Made by a program: the position numbers and the translations under genes. From positions 117,575 through 181,574 of the forward strand of contig NIVC01002353.1 of assembly GCA_002269645.1 (NCBI GenBank): a DNA stretch of 64,000 nucleotides, given 5' to 3'. Shown in pieces: positions 1 to 9,989 of the stretch. Position 1 is the first letter of the stretch. Every line of letters begins with the position of its first letter. The notes under the pieces were generated by a model. It searched no databases. It was not told where the DNA came from and worked only from the letters and a program-made list of their open reading frames with translations. This DNA is from Macrostomum lignano (taxonomy: Eukaryota).

Positions 1-89
1 AGCCGAAATAACGCCAGGCGTTATGAACACGTTTTTATCGGGAAACTTTGCAATAAAAAGGATGAACTTGAATTGGATGGAACGCAAGC

Positions 90-3000
90 TCACAGTTGCA
101 ACTGTTGCTGGCCGAATTGGTGCCGAGACTGCGTCATGGATGACATCGCAGTGCTGCTGTTGTGCTCCACTGACTGCGTCATGGACGACACTGCAGTTCT
201 GTTAACTTGTTGTACAGACTTTGACTGTGCCACAGACGACACCGTAGTGCTGTTGGTTTGCTGTGCCGACTGCGACTGCAATTGAGCAATGCAACTACTG
301 TCAGGTACTGTCAGGTATAAGCTAGCCACAAAGATCCACCAATTTCACAGCATTTTGCACTCCCTGCCCTAAGCGCCACTGGTTATTAGGTTCGAGTGAA
401 AATGCAGTTGAAACTGGCATCCACCACTATACAGTAGCATGCAATACTAAACATAACTTTAGTGTGCAGACAGACCGCACCAGCGGGCAAGCGCTTTTTA
501 ACATTCCATATTTAGGCTATTTCTACAGTACAGCAGGGCATGCAACAGAGAGCAATAAAACCTGCTACACGAGTAGGCGGTTAGGGAGACAGAGCAGCCT
601 ATAATAGCAGAGGAGCCTCCCTGCTACCGAAAATAGAAACGCGTGCGCGTTGCCGCGTGCGAGCAAGCCAGCTACTTTTGGCCTGTCGCGTCTGGCTTCG
701 CTTCGAATACGAATTGCGAATATCAGAGGCGCAAGCGTTGCGACTGAACACTTTTGTATAAGGAATTCTCGGCTAGATTTTTTTTCGCAATTTACTCAAG
801 GGGCTGCAAAGAGCGATAGAGAACGAGAAGACTCTTTCGTTCTCACGCGCGAAGCCTCTTGTTTTTTACTGCTTCTGAATTGCTACTAGTACACAAGCGA
901 AGAAGATTGTGGTAAGGGGTAAACAACTTACAAAAGAGCTCTGCGATTGTAACATGGAGTTCTGGACGCGGTTACCGCTATCGAGCGCCATTCCATCAAG
1001 TCTGAAAAATAATTTAACTTGTTTATAAAGACTGCAAAATTGGTATATGATCGTACAGCAAGTCGATAAAATACGCATGCACTCACCTAGAATCTTCTTC
1101 TATAGGTTGCGGCGTTTCATATCCTTGAGTACCGGATGGGAAAACGCTGCTTACTTGCTGTTGAAAGGCAGAAGTGTGGGCACCGGAAGAAGAATTTGAA
1201 AAAGTAGAGTGCGGAGGAACTTGTCTACTCAAAATATGTCTGCTGGCTATCGTGCGACTCGTCGTGACTGTGCCATCATCACTCGTGAATTGAAATTCCT
1301 GGTTCGAACTCTCCTCTTGGCCCTGCCAGCCAGAATCTGTTCTAGCCGTAATAGAGGAAAGCTGAGCGGAATCTTTTATGCTAGAACCACTGTCGGGACT
1401 GCTAAGTCGATCTCCATCTCCATCAAACGTTGATCTCTCTAAAGAATCTGATGTACTATTGGTTGTATAATCCGTTTCGTAGCGTCGCTTCACAACAGAC
1501 GAATCAAAACGCGAGCCAGAAGAGTAGGTGCGCATAGAAGTAGTGTCTTTGCGGTCAATAAAGTGATCAGAAGCTTTTAGGATTCCATGCTCTCTATTAA
1601 GCTCGTCAACATCTGAGCTGATGCCAGGGGGTTCTGGCGAAGCATCCATGCAAACTTGAAGACCAACACTTTTAACGTCTCTCTTAAGAAGTTCGGTAAT
1701 TATGTTCACCATCTCAGCAGCGCTAATACCATACGATTGGCGCAGACTCTGGAAAAACATCAGTCTTTGGCTCGACACGGTTGAAATACTGGTTGAGTTT
1801 GATGAGAAATTGTTTCTTTGATATTCATTTGATTCAGCTGACCTTGAAACAAGTTCTCGATCCTTGGGAGGCTCAGCATTAGGAACTGATTTTACTGCGG
1901 TACGAGTTTGCTTTCTGCCATCCTCAAATGATACATTCACACCAACTGACCGCTGCGCCGGTTTGGCCTCTTCAATAAAAATATTAATCGCCACATCTCT
2001 GCAAGGTGGCTTCACCATTAGGCCAACCGTTCTGCGGTGAACAGGTGCTGAACTTGGCTGCGATTCACGAATCCGGATAGTCTCCTGAACGAATGTTCGG
2101 CTTTCTAGCTCACTGACGACAGATTTAAGACGCGCAATCTCGCTTAAGTATTGCTCTTTCTCAGAAATATCCATTAATTCACGAGTCACTCGCTCCTTGA
2201 CTTTTCTGACACCTTGCTGTGTTCCGTGCTAGTCTTGTAAATTTCTGTCGTGTTCACTGTTGTATCGCCCTCTTTTTTACTTTTTTCAGGGCATAATGCA
2301 CTACGATTATCCTCATCAATAGGCAAGTCATTCTGTACATCAGTGCAAGCATCAATATGCTCGGGTGTATCGATTGGCTGAGTGCTGAATACAGAGTCTA
2401 CTAACGGATTAAGGATCGCATCTGTCTGCTCACACTTGTCACCAAACATCCAGCGAAAATCTGGCTCAAGTTCTACAAGCCGGCTGACGGACTTATCAAC
2501 TGTCTCAATAACAGGTTCACGCTTCTCTTTCTTAGGCTGATTTACTTGTGGGTCGTCTAACGGAGCTGGAATATCGACTTCGCTTATGGGCACCTTTTCA
2601 GGTTTTTCCGACTTTTCAGTTGGCTCACAAACGACAGGCAGATGTTCCGGTGAAATAAATTCTTCTAAAACAGAATCACGATCGGAAAATACATGCTGCG
2701 AAAAATCTTTGTAACGAGGAGCTTGCACATTAGGTTGAGATTTCGGTGTTAAATCTTCATTTTGTTCCGGGCTAGAATCTGACGACCCATCGCTGTTGTC
2801 TGGATCATTAGGTTCATCTGTCTTACTGGGAGGCGCATGAACAGTGGTGTTTCCAGTAGGTGTTAAATCGTCCTCAATTTCTGGGTCCGAATCTTCAGAA
2901 TCAGTAGGATCTTCGTTAGCATTGGGTGCCTCTACATCCTTGTGAGTGTTAGGTGGAAAACCCTCCTCAATTTCTGGATCCGATTCTTCAGAATCAGTAG

Positions 3001-4584
3001 GATCTTCGTTAGCATTGGGTGCCTCTACATCCTTGTGAGCGTTTGTTGGAGAACCCTCCTCAATTCCTGGATCCGAATCTTCAGAATCAGTAGGATCTTC
3101 GTTAGCATTGGGTGCCTCTACATCCTTATGGGTGTTCGGTGGAAAACCCTCATCGATTTCCGGATCCGATTTTTTTGAACCAGTAGAACCTTTGCTTGCC
3201 TTTGGGGCATGCACATCTTTATCGGTGCTGGGCGTGAAACCTTCATCGATTTCTGGACTCGAAGAATCTGAATCAGATGGATCATTGCGACCACCATGGG
3301 GTGCTTGTACATCATGTTGAGGGTTAGGCTGCAGCTCTTCATCAACTACCGGATCTGATTCGTTGGACTCCGGCTTATGGTTACTCGCTGGCGGAGCATG
3401 AACAGGCGCCTGAGAACTAGGCGTCATATTTTCGTCTATCTCTGATCCATCCGATAAAACAGGGTCCGGTTGCCAAACCTTGCTTGGAGGAGACTTTGCT
3501 TCTTGGCTTGTTTTTCGCTTGCTCGGAGATTCGCTAGAGGCCACAACCGAGCCCAAAAGTCCAGATGGAAAATCAGCCGTCTCAGTTGACTGGCTACGAT
3601 GTTCGAATAAGTTTTCATCAGTTCCCACATTCGCATTAGCATGAGGGACAGCTGGCTTTGGGAATGTTACCGGCTCGGTAGCTGTCGATTGAGTTCTGTG
3701 GGCATCACGGGCAGGCTCAGGTGGCTGCACATTGGAAGCAGACGACTCAGAGCCATGGCTACTAGACTTATCCTGTTGCAGCGTGCGAAGCAAATTCTGC
3801 AGCTCTGGCAGCTGACGCTCGATAGCGTCGAGACGAGCATTCTGTTTTTTCTTCGGAGATGGCTTTGGAGGCAATGGTGGCGGCACTTGGCTATTTTGCG
3901 AATCGCGCTCACGACTCTGTGCCCGCTCTGATCCTTTAGCTCGCTGCTTTTTATCTTTTTTTCTCTCTGCCTCATTGGCTTTCTCTTTACGTGCTTGACG
4001 AGCCTTTTTCCTTTCACTTTTTCCTTTCGGTTCTTGGCAGCTTCCTGCGCATTCTTTGCACCCGCAAGACTTTTAGCAGCAGCATCCTTAGCACCACTGC
4101 GCTGAAGACTTTGCTGACCCTCCTCGTTTCTCCCCTGCGCATCTAATCTTAAGACCGAGGCCTCTTGGCTATCACTCCGCTTCTGACCCTGCTCACCTTC
4201 CTCATTTCTCTCAGCCGAGTCATCTACCTGTGCTTCTTTTCGCACAGTCCTGCGCTCTTTCTTAGTGCCATAGGTAGCAAAGAAATCTCCAGAATCTTCT
4301 TGTCCACCATTTGCCTCGGCTGATGCGCCACTGAGTGCTGCCTGTCTGTCAGAGGCAGCTTGAGACGACTGGTTTCTACTCAGCGATTGACTTGCAGCCT
4401 GCAACTGATTGCTCTCACGCGAGTAGCTTGCGGCCTGAGAAGACCGCTGATTGGAATTTTGTGAAGACTGTTGAAACGTTTGTTCCTGCCTAGAGGACGA
4501 CTGATAATTGAAATTTGATGCCTCTGCTGAATAGTTATAGTTTTGGCTAGAATAGGCTGCACTTCTGCTTGCTGTTGACTGCAT
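90..4584 (-). CDS. Large low-complexity, acidic-repeat, coiled-coil protein. Exon about 4584-1087 (assembled in three frames) plus exon about 297-90. Weak KANK-like motifs.
   Basis: ORFs 3667-4584, 2186-3886 and 1083-2189 overlap end to end. Each join is repaired by adding one A to an A-run (near 4020 and near 2200). Donor AG|GTGAGT at 1087/1086 (phase 2) matches acceptor CTGACAG|T at 298/297, in frame with ORF 90-329. Motifs RTVGLMV, RDVAIN, RSVGVNV and KSVGLQV plus a coiled coil recall KANK proteins (inference only; no KN motif or ankyrins seen). Confidence 0.6.
2885..3165 (-). repeat. Three coding 93-bp (31-aa) repeats, DPEIDEGFPPNTHKDVEAPNANEDPTDSEDS
   Basis: TCCGA anchor recurs at 2886, 2979 and 3072 (period 93). 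Degenerate EIDE...P...VxAP copies flank the array in ORF 2186-3886. Confidence 0.9.
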
Positions 4585-7196
4585 GACTCATTGAACATGC
4601 ATTGCACAAAGCAGCTAGGACAGTAGAATGCATAACGTGCAAAACAAATGTCTTTCTTAAAATAATTAAACATTAAGTCAATACAAAAACTTTCACAATT
4701 TAGCAATCTAAACAATCTAAATCTAAAATAGGATACCTCTTAATGGCATGTAATTTGAACATAATATTTAAATATCTTACTATATTAAATACAAAGTATC
4801 CTTTTTAAGACATTTCATTGGATGGGTCTTAGTTTACTTTATTCAGCCTAATCAAAGTTTTATTGAAATCAAATGGCTTTCATATTGACCTTCAAAATAT
4901 ACCTCTGCATTCTATTTTGGCAGTGCATGCAGCAGATAGCAGGAGCAAATGCTGCACCATGGAGTTCTTTGCAACCAATTTGGGTAGCCTTGTGATCAAT
5001 TTGGACAGGTATTTCACCAACTGTACATATAAGTCTACCCAAATTGATTGCAAGCCTGCTAGTAGGTGCTAAAACTTTCTCTATAACAGCAGTATAATAT
5101 TATAGTTAAAAAGGCTTTTAAATCTTTGGAAAAATAGTATATACAAATTTTGGTAAAAATTATACTATAGTTATAAGATGCTATAACCATTTTAGCAAAA
5201 AGGATAAATATGGTAGTAATATAAATAGATATATCTAAAAAAACAATTTTTATTATGGATACCAATGTTTAAATTGTTTGTTAAAGCTATTTTATATATA
5301 GGCTAAATTTCTATATACATAAGTTAGAAAAATGCACTCTAGGGAAATTGCACTTTTGCATATTTTTTACCATTAGTATCTTTCTAATTTCATGATAACA
5401 ATAAAGTATAGATAAAAACTTTAATGAAAAAGTAGACAACAAATAGATAAATCAATTATAATTGCTTAAAGTTCAATTTTAACTAAATTATTTAGAATTT
5501 AAAATGTAATAGTATGCCAGGTATTCCAATGGTTAGGCCCTAGTTTAAAATCTCCTATTCTTAGCTTCTTCTAGTATAGACATAAAGCTATAATTAGACT
5601 TATGATAGGGTCATTAGATACTGATTGGCATAGTAAATATATACCAAACTATGATATAAAGCCAAGTAAATATATCAGTGATACTAATCTACAATAATAT
5701 GGTAAATGCCTAATATCATTAATTTTTCTTATATCTAATGTCTACCTTTATGACTTTTTTGGATATATTGTTTGGTTAGTTTAGAAATAAAAATAGCTAG
5801 GGCTTAAAGAACTAGAAAGGTCTTCTAAAATAAAATCTCATCATATATGCCTGCTTGCTTTATTTTGAAAATAAAATGTAAAAGTAAAGCAAGGCCAAAA
5901 AGGCAAACAAAGAATTTTTTAGGCTTAAGTAGGCTAGGCCTAGTTAAAAAATATTCAATGATAAAAGTATAGACCTATAATTGGTAATATATTATAGCCA
6001 GCTAGACTCTTGTTTAACTAAAGATATCATGCTACATTTGACTTATGATTTACTTGCTCTAACTTATAAGCTCAACTGCTTAGCCATGATAATGATGATA
6101 GTAGCAATACTCAAACAAAAGGGGTTCTGTCAATCTGACTCAATCAGTGAAATAAAAGTAAGGATTGGACCCATTGGATAAGATCTTAATCTGAATCTCA
6201 ATCATCAAGATCTTAGCACTTTTTCAATTTTGATCTTGGTTTTGAGATTTCAAAAAAGTAAAGATTTGTGATTATATGACTATTGAGTATTGATTGGTGA
6301 CTAACTACAATATTATTAGGCCTATCACATTTTTTATTTGATATACATCAAGTTACTAAAATCAAGTTAGCAAGCTCAATATTATTTAATAATTGTTTTC
6401 CTTCTATTATCATCATTGTACACATTTAACAAATAAGAATATTAGCATTGATAGATAGAATAGTGTAAAATCAAATAGGCCTACTAGATGCTTCGAGACA
6501 TTACTTTGCCAAAAACGTCACATATCCCTCAAAGATCTATACTTTCGAGATAATCGAGATTTGATCGCGATTCGAGACTAAGCCTAATTAGCATCTAGGC
6601 CTATTTACACTATTTTATCTATCAATGCTAATATTGTTCTTTGCTAAATGCGACGATTACAGAATTTTCATTTTTTACTACCAGTCAGTGAGTCAGTACA
6701 GTAGGCCCTATACTTTTACAGATCAAGTAGGCCTAAGTTTATTTAATTTTACTCTTAGAAGTACTAAGTTTTACTATACCCCATACATAAAATATATGCT
6801 TTATCCCCGACCCCAGGATATCTGCCTCCAGAAAAAACTCCTGTGCACACCGTTGGGTACTGGGCCTCAAGGATTACTGTCTGTCACTATACTCTATAGC
6901 TCTCTATACGGGCCGTATTTCTTGAAAAAAGAAATTTTAAATAAGGGGTTTTCTGAAAAGACCGTAGACCTCAAGTGTAACAAAAATTGTATTTATAACA
7001 AAGGCTTAACGACAGTATTATTCTTACAACTTCGGAGTTAGTATCTGCTTTTGCTTTCACTTAAAATACATGTGTAACACACGTGACTTTTGTAATCAAA
7101 ATCTTACTGAATGAGAACTCCATAGGTTATGTAAAAAGGGAATCAGTGCATCAGATCAGATATATCGTATGGAATTTGGCCGAAAATCAGTTAAAC

Positions 7197-7202
7197 TTTA
7201 TT
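7197..7202 (-). terminator. Candidate polyadenylation signal (AATAAA) of the Tyr/Ser-rich gene
   Basis: TTTATT on the + strand, about 145 bp downstream of the stop at 7347. Confidence 0.4.
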
Positions 7203-7346
7203 TTAACTTTATATTTTCCAAGAGTCAGTAACATTTTTTTCCAACACCTCATAGAAATTGTCTTTATCAGAACTTTTCGACTTTAGATTTGAAAATCTAT
7301 TTTCGAATATAAGGATTTTTTTGTCTCAAAGTTGCGAGAGGGCAGC

Positions 7347-9023
7347 TTACGAACAGGACGGAAGAGTACATACATAGCTGGTCCGTGGTCCACTGGAAGT
7401 GTAGCTAGAATAAGTGGGATAGCTGCTGGAATAGTACGAACTGCTTCCGCACGATGGCAGACTCCATACATAGCTGGTCCGTGGTCCACTGGAAGTGTAG
7501 CTAGAATAAGTGGGATAGCTGCTGGAATAGTACGAACTGCTTCCGCACGATGGCAGACTCCATACGTAGCTGGTCCGTGGTCCACTGGAAGTGTAGCTAG
7601 AATAAGTGGGATAGCTGCTGGAATAGTATGAACTGCTTCCGCACGATGGCAGACTCCATACGTAGCTGGTCCGCGGTCCACTGGAAGTGTAGCTAGAATA
7701 AGTGGGATAGCTGCTGGAATAGTATGAACTGCTTCCGCACGATGGCAGACTCCATACGTAGCTGGTCCGTGGTCCACTGGAAGTGTAGCTAGAATAAGTG
7801 GGATAGCTGCTGGAATAGTATGAACTGCTTCCGCACGATGGCAGACTCCATACGTAGCTGGTCCGCGGTCCACTGGAAGTGTAGCTAGAATAAGTGGGAT
7901 AGCTGCTGGAATAGTATGAACTGCTTCCGCACGATGGCAGACTCCATACGTAGCTGGTCCGTGGTCCACTGGAAGTGTAGCTAGAATAAGTGGGATAGCT
8001 GCTGGAATAGTACGAACTGCTTCCGCACGATGGCAGACTCCATACGTAGCTGGTCCGTGGTCCACTGGAAGTGTAGCTAGAATAAGTGGGATAGCTGCTG
8101 GAATAGTATGAACTGCTTCCGCACGATGGCAGACTCCATACGTAGCTGGTCCGCGGTCCACTTGAATAGCTAGGGTAGTAGCTAGAATAGCGAGAGTAGT
8201 AGCTAGAGTAACTAGGGTAGTAGCTAGAATAGCGAGAGTAGTAGCTAGAATAGCGAGAATAGCTGGGGTAGTAGCTAGAATAGCGAGAATAGCTTGGGTA
8301 GTAGCTGGAATAGCGAGAATAGCTGGGGTAGTAGCTGGAATAGCGAGAATAGCTGGGGTAGTAGCTGGAATAGCGAGAATAGCTGGGATAGTAGCTGGAA
8401 TAGCGAGAATAGCTTGGGTAGTAGCTAGAATAGCGAGAATAGCTGGGATAGTAGCTGGAATAGCGAGAATAGCTTGGGTAGTAGCTGGAATAGCGAGAAT
8501 AGCTTGGGTAGTAGCTAGAATAGCGAGAATAGCTGGGATAGTAGCTGGAATAGCGAGAATAGCTGGGGTAGTAGCTGGAATAGCGAGAATAGCTTGGGTA
8601 GTAGCTAGAATAGCGAGAATAGCTGGGATAGTAGCTGGAATAGCGAGAATAGCTGGGGTAGTAGCTGGAATAGCGAGAATAGCTTGGGTAGTAGCTGGAA
8701 TAGCGAGAATAGCTGGGGTAGTAGCTGGAATAGCGAGAATAGCTGGGGTAGTAGCTGGAATAGCGAGAATAGCTGGGGTAGTAGCTGGAATAGCGAGAAT
8801 AGCTGGGGTAGTAGCTGGAATAGCGAGAATAGCTGGGGTAGTAGCTGGAATAGCGAGAATAGCTGGGGTAGTATCCGCTTGAACCGTAGCGACCCGATCC
8901 ATAGCTTCCGATTCCGCCTGATCCGTAGCCGGACCCGATACTCCTGGCTTGTGTGAGACCCTGGCAGCTGCCAGTGACAGCGGCAAGCAGCAACAGCACT
9001 CCGAGACAAAGCTTGATGTCCAT
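7347..9023 (-). CDS. Secreted Tyr/Ser-rich tandem-repeat structural protein, 558 aa, intronless
   Basis: Signal-peptide-like N-terminus MDIKLCLGVLLLLAAVTGSCQG, a short Gly/Ser/Tyr linker, about 21 x YYPSYSRYSS, then 8 full plus 1 partial 32-aa repeats. Repeat nucleotide variants are synonymous. TATA box upstream, AATAAA downstream. Confidence 0.85.
   Translation of the reverse strand: MDIKLCLGVLLLLAAVTGSCQGLTQARSIGSGYGSGGIGSYGSGRYGSSGYYPSYSRYSSYYPSYSRYSSYYPSYSRYSSYYPSYSRYSSYYPSYSRYSSYYPSYSRYSSYYPSYSRYSSYYPSYSRYSSYYPSYSRYSSYYPSYSRYSSYYPSYSRYSSYYPSYSRYSSYYPSYSRYSSYYPSYSRYSSYYPSYSRYSSYYPSYSRYSSYYPSYSRYSSYYPSYSRYSSYYPSYSRYSSYYPSYSRYSSYYPSYSRYSSYYSRYSSYYPSYSSYYSRYSSYYPSYSSGPRTSYVWSLPSCGSSSYYSSSYPTYSSYTSSGPRTSYVWSLPSCGSSSYYSSSYPTYSSYTSSGPRTSYVWSLPSCGSSSYYSSSYPTYSSYTSSGPRTSYVWSLPSCGSSSYYSSSYPTYSSYTSSGPRTSYVWSLPSCGSSSYYSSSYPTYSSYTSSGPRTSYVWSLPSCGSSSYYSSSYPTYSSYTSSGPRTSYVWSLPSCGSSSYYSSSYPTYSSYTSSGPRTSYVWSLPSCGSSSYYSSSYPTYSSYTSSGPRTSYVCTLPSCS
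7365..8160 (-). repeat. Coding 96-bp repeat (GPRTSYVWSLPSCGSSSYYSSSYPTYSSYTSS), 8 full plus 1 partial
   Basis: GGTCCG(C/T)GGTCC anchor recurs every 96 bp from about 7380 to about 8148. Confidence 0.95.
8244..8873 (-). repeat. Coding 30-bp repeat (YYPSYSRYSS), about 21 copies
   Basis: GTAGTAGCTGGAATAGCGAGAATAGCTGGG unit, two per 60-base line. Confidence 0.95.
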
Positions 9024-9090
9024 GATTGCGACGTCAAGCAGGTAAATTTAGTGATAAAGAAATTGTAAATTGGGTTAAGGTGGACGCTGG

Positions 9091-9134
9091 TTTTATATGA
9101 ATTTAAGGGGCCTAGCACCTGTCAGGTGCACCTG
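9091..9134 (-). promoter_or_regulatory. TATA box plus triple E-box cluster upstream of the Tyr/Ser-rich gene
   Basis: TATAAAA on the - strand at 9097-9091, about 70 bp before the ATG. CACCTG (9116), CAGGTG (9123) and CACCTG (9129) lie within 20 bp. Confidence 0.55.
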
Positions 9135-9989
9135 AGTGCCACGAAGCTTTCCTGTCGTCCGCTGCATGGAAGAAGAACTTAAAGACAAAGTTAGTGGCAT
9201 AGCGGCAATCAGAAATCAGTTTTGAAGGAAATTTTCTTTTTAACCAAAGCTTTCGCCTTGACAAACAGAGGTCCCAGCCGCTTAATTGACTCTCTCGAAA
9301 GTAAATGCTGACGTGTTCATAACATTTGTGCGACGTGGCACAAGTCTGTTGGAACAGCCGCAGTATTCTTACTAAAAGAAAAGTTCCAGCTGTATTTGTA
9401 CAATTGACTGCGCAGACCAAAGCGCGGGAAAGGGGCTGCATAAATTACGTCGTAATTGCAGTTTCTACCTGAATTTTCCACGACTGTGATTCGAAGTAGC
9501 CTTCTGCGACTCTGAAAAATGAGTTCCGGGTAGGCCACAGCTTAGGCCACAGAAATCCGGTAGATGGTTGAAGTAGGAGAGAAGGAGATGTGGGGGCATC
9601 CGTAAATTCGTGTAGTAAAAGCAGTTTAGCCGAGCGCAGAGGGCGCACTTCATTTCATCGAGCCGATTTGCATTTCACTGGGGAATGTTGCGCAAATGGC
9701 CGACTGTCTGAACTCTGAGGTTGCGCCGGTGGTAGGGCGTGCGAGGGCACGGGGGAAATGAGGGGTTTGGCGGAAGACGAAGCCGGGGCTGCGGCCGGAC
9801 TTACTTGGGCTGGGGGCACGCAAGTACAGCGGGGGTGGGTTAGATTCCTGCCCCCTCCCGATCCCATCATAACTTCGGAAGCACGCGAAGTGACGCTGAA
9901 TTCACGGCCCGAAATGGTGCCTTCGAAAGCCGGTTAAGCTGCCACAGAAACGTTCTGCCCATTTGCCCCTTGATTTTGGCGTTCTCGTT

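Noticed and set aside
5000-7280. Short Ile/Phe/Lys-rich ORFs in AT-rich intergenic DNA (also 21600-25800 and 33700-36600)
   Set aside because: Composition-driven, with no domains and no consistent splice structure.
7283-9118. 611-aa alternative-frame ORF (PAILAIPATT repeats)
   Set aside because: Repeat variants are non-synonymous in this frame but silent in the 558-aa frame, which also has the signal peptide.
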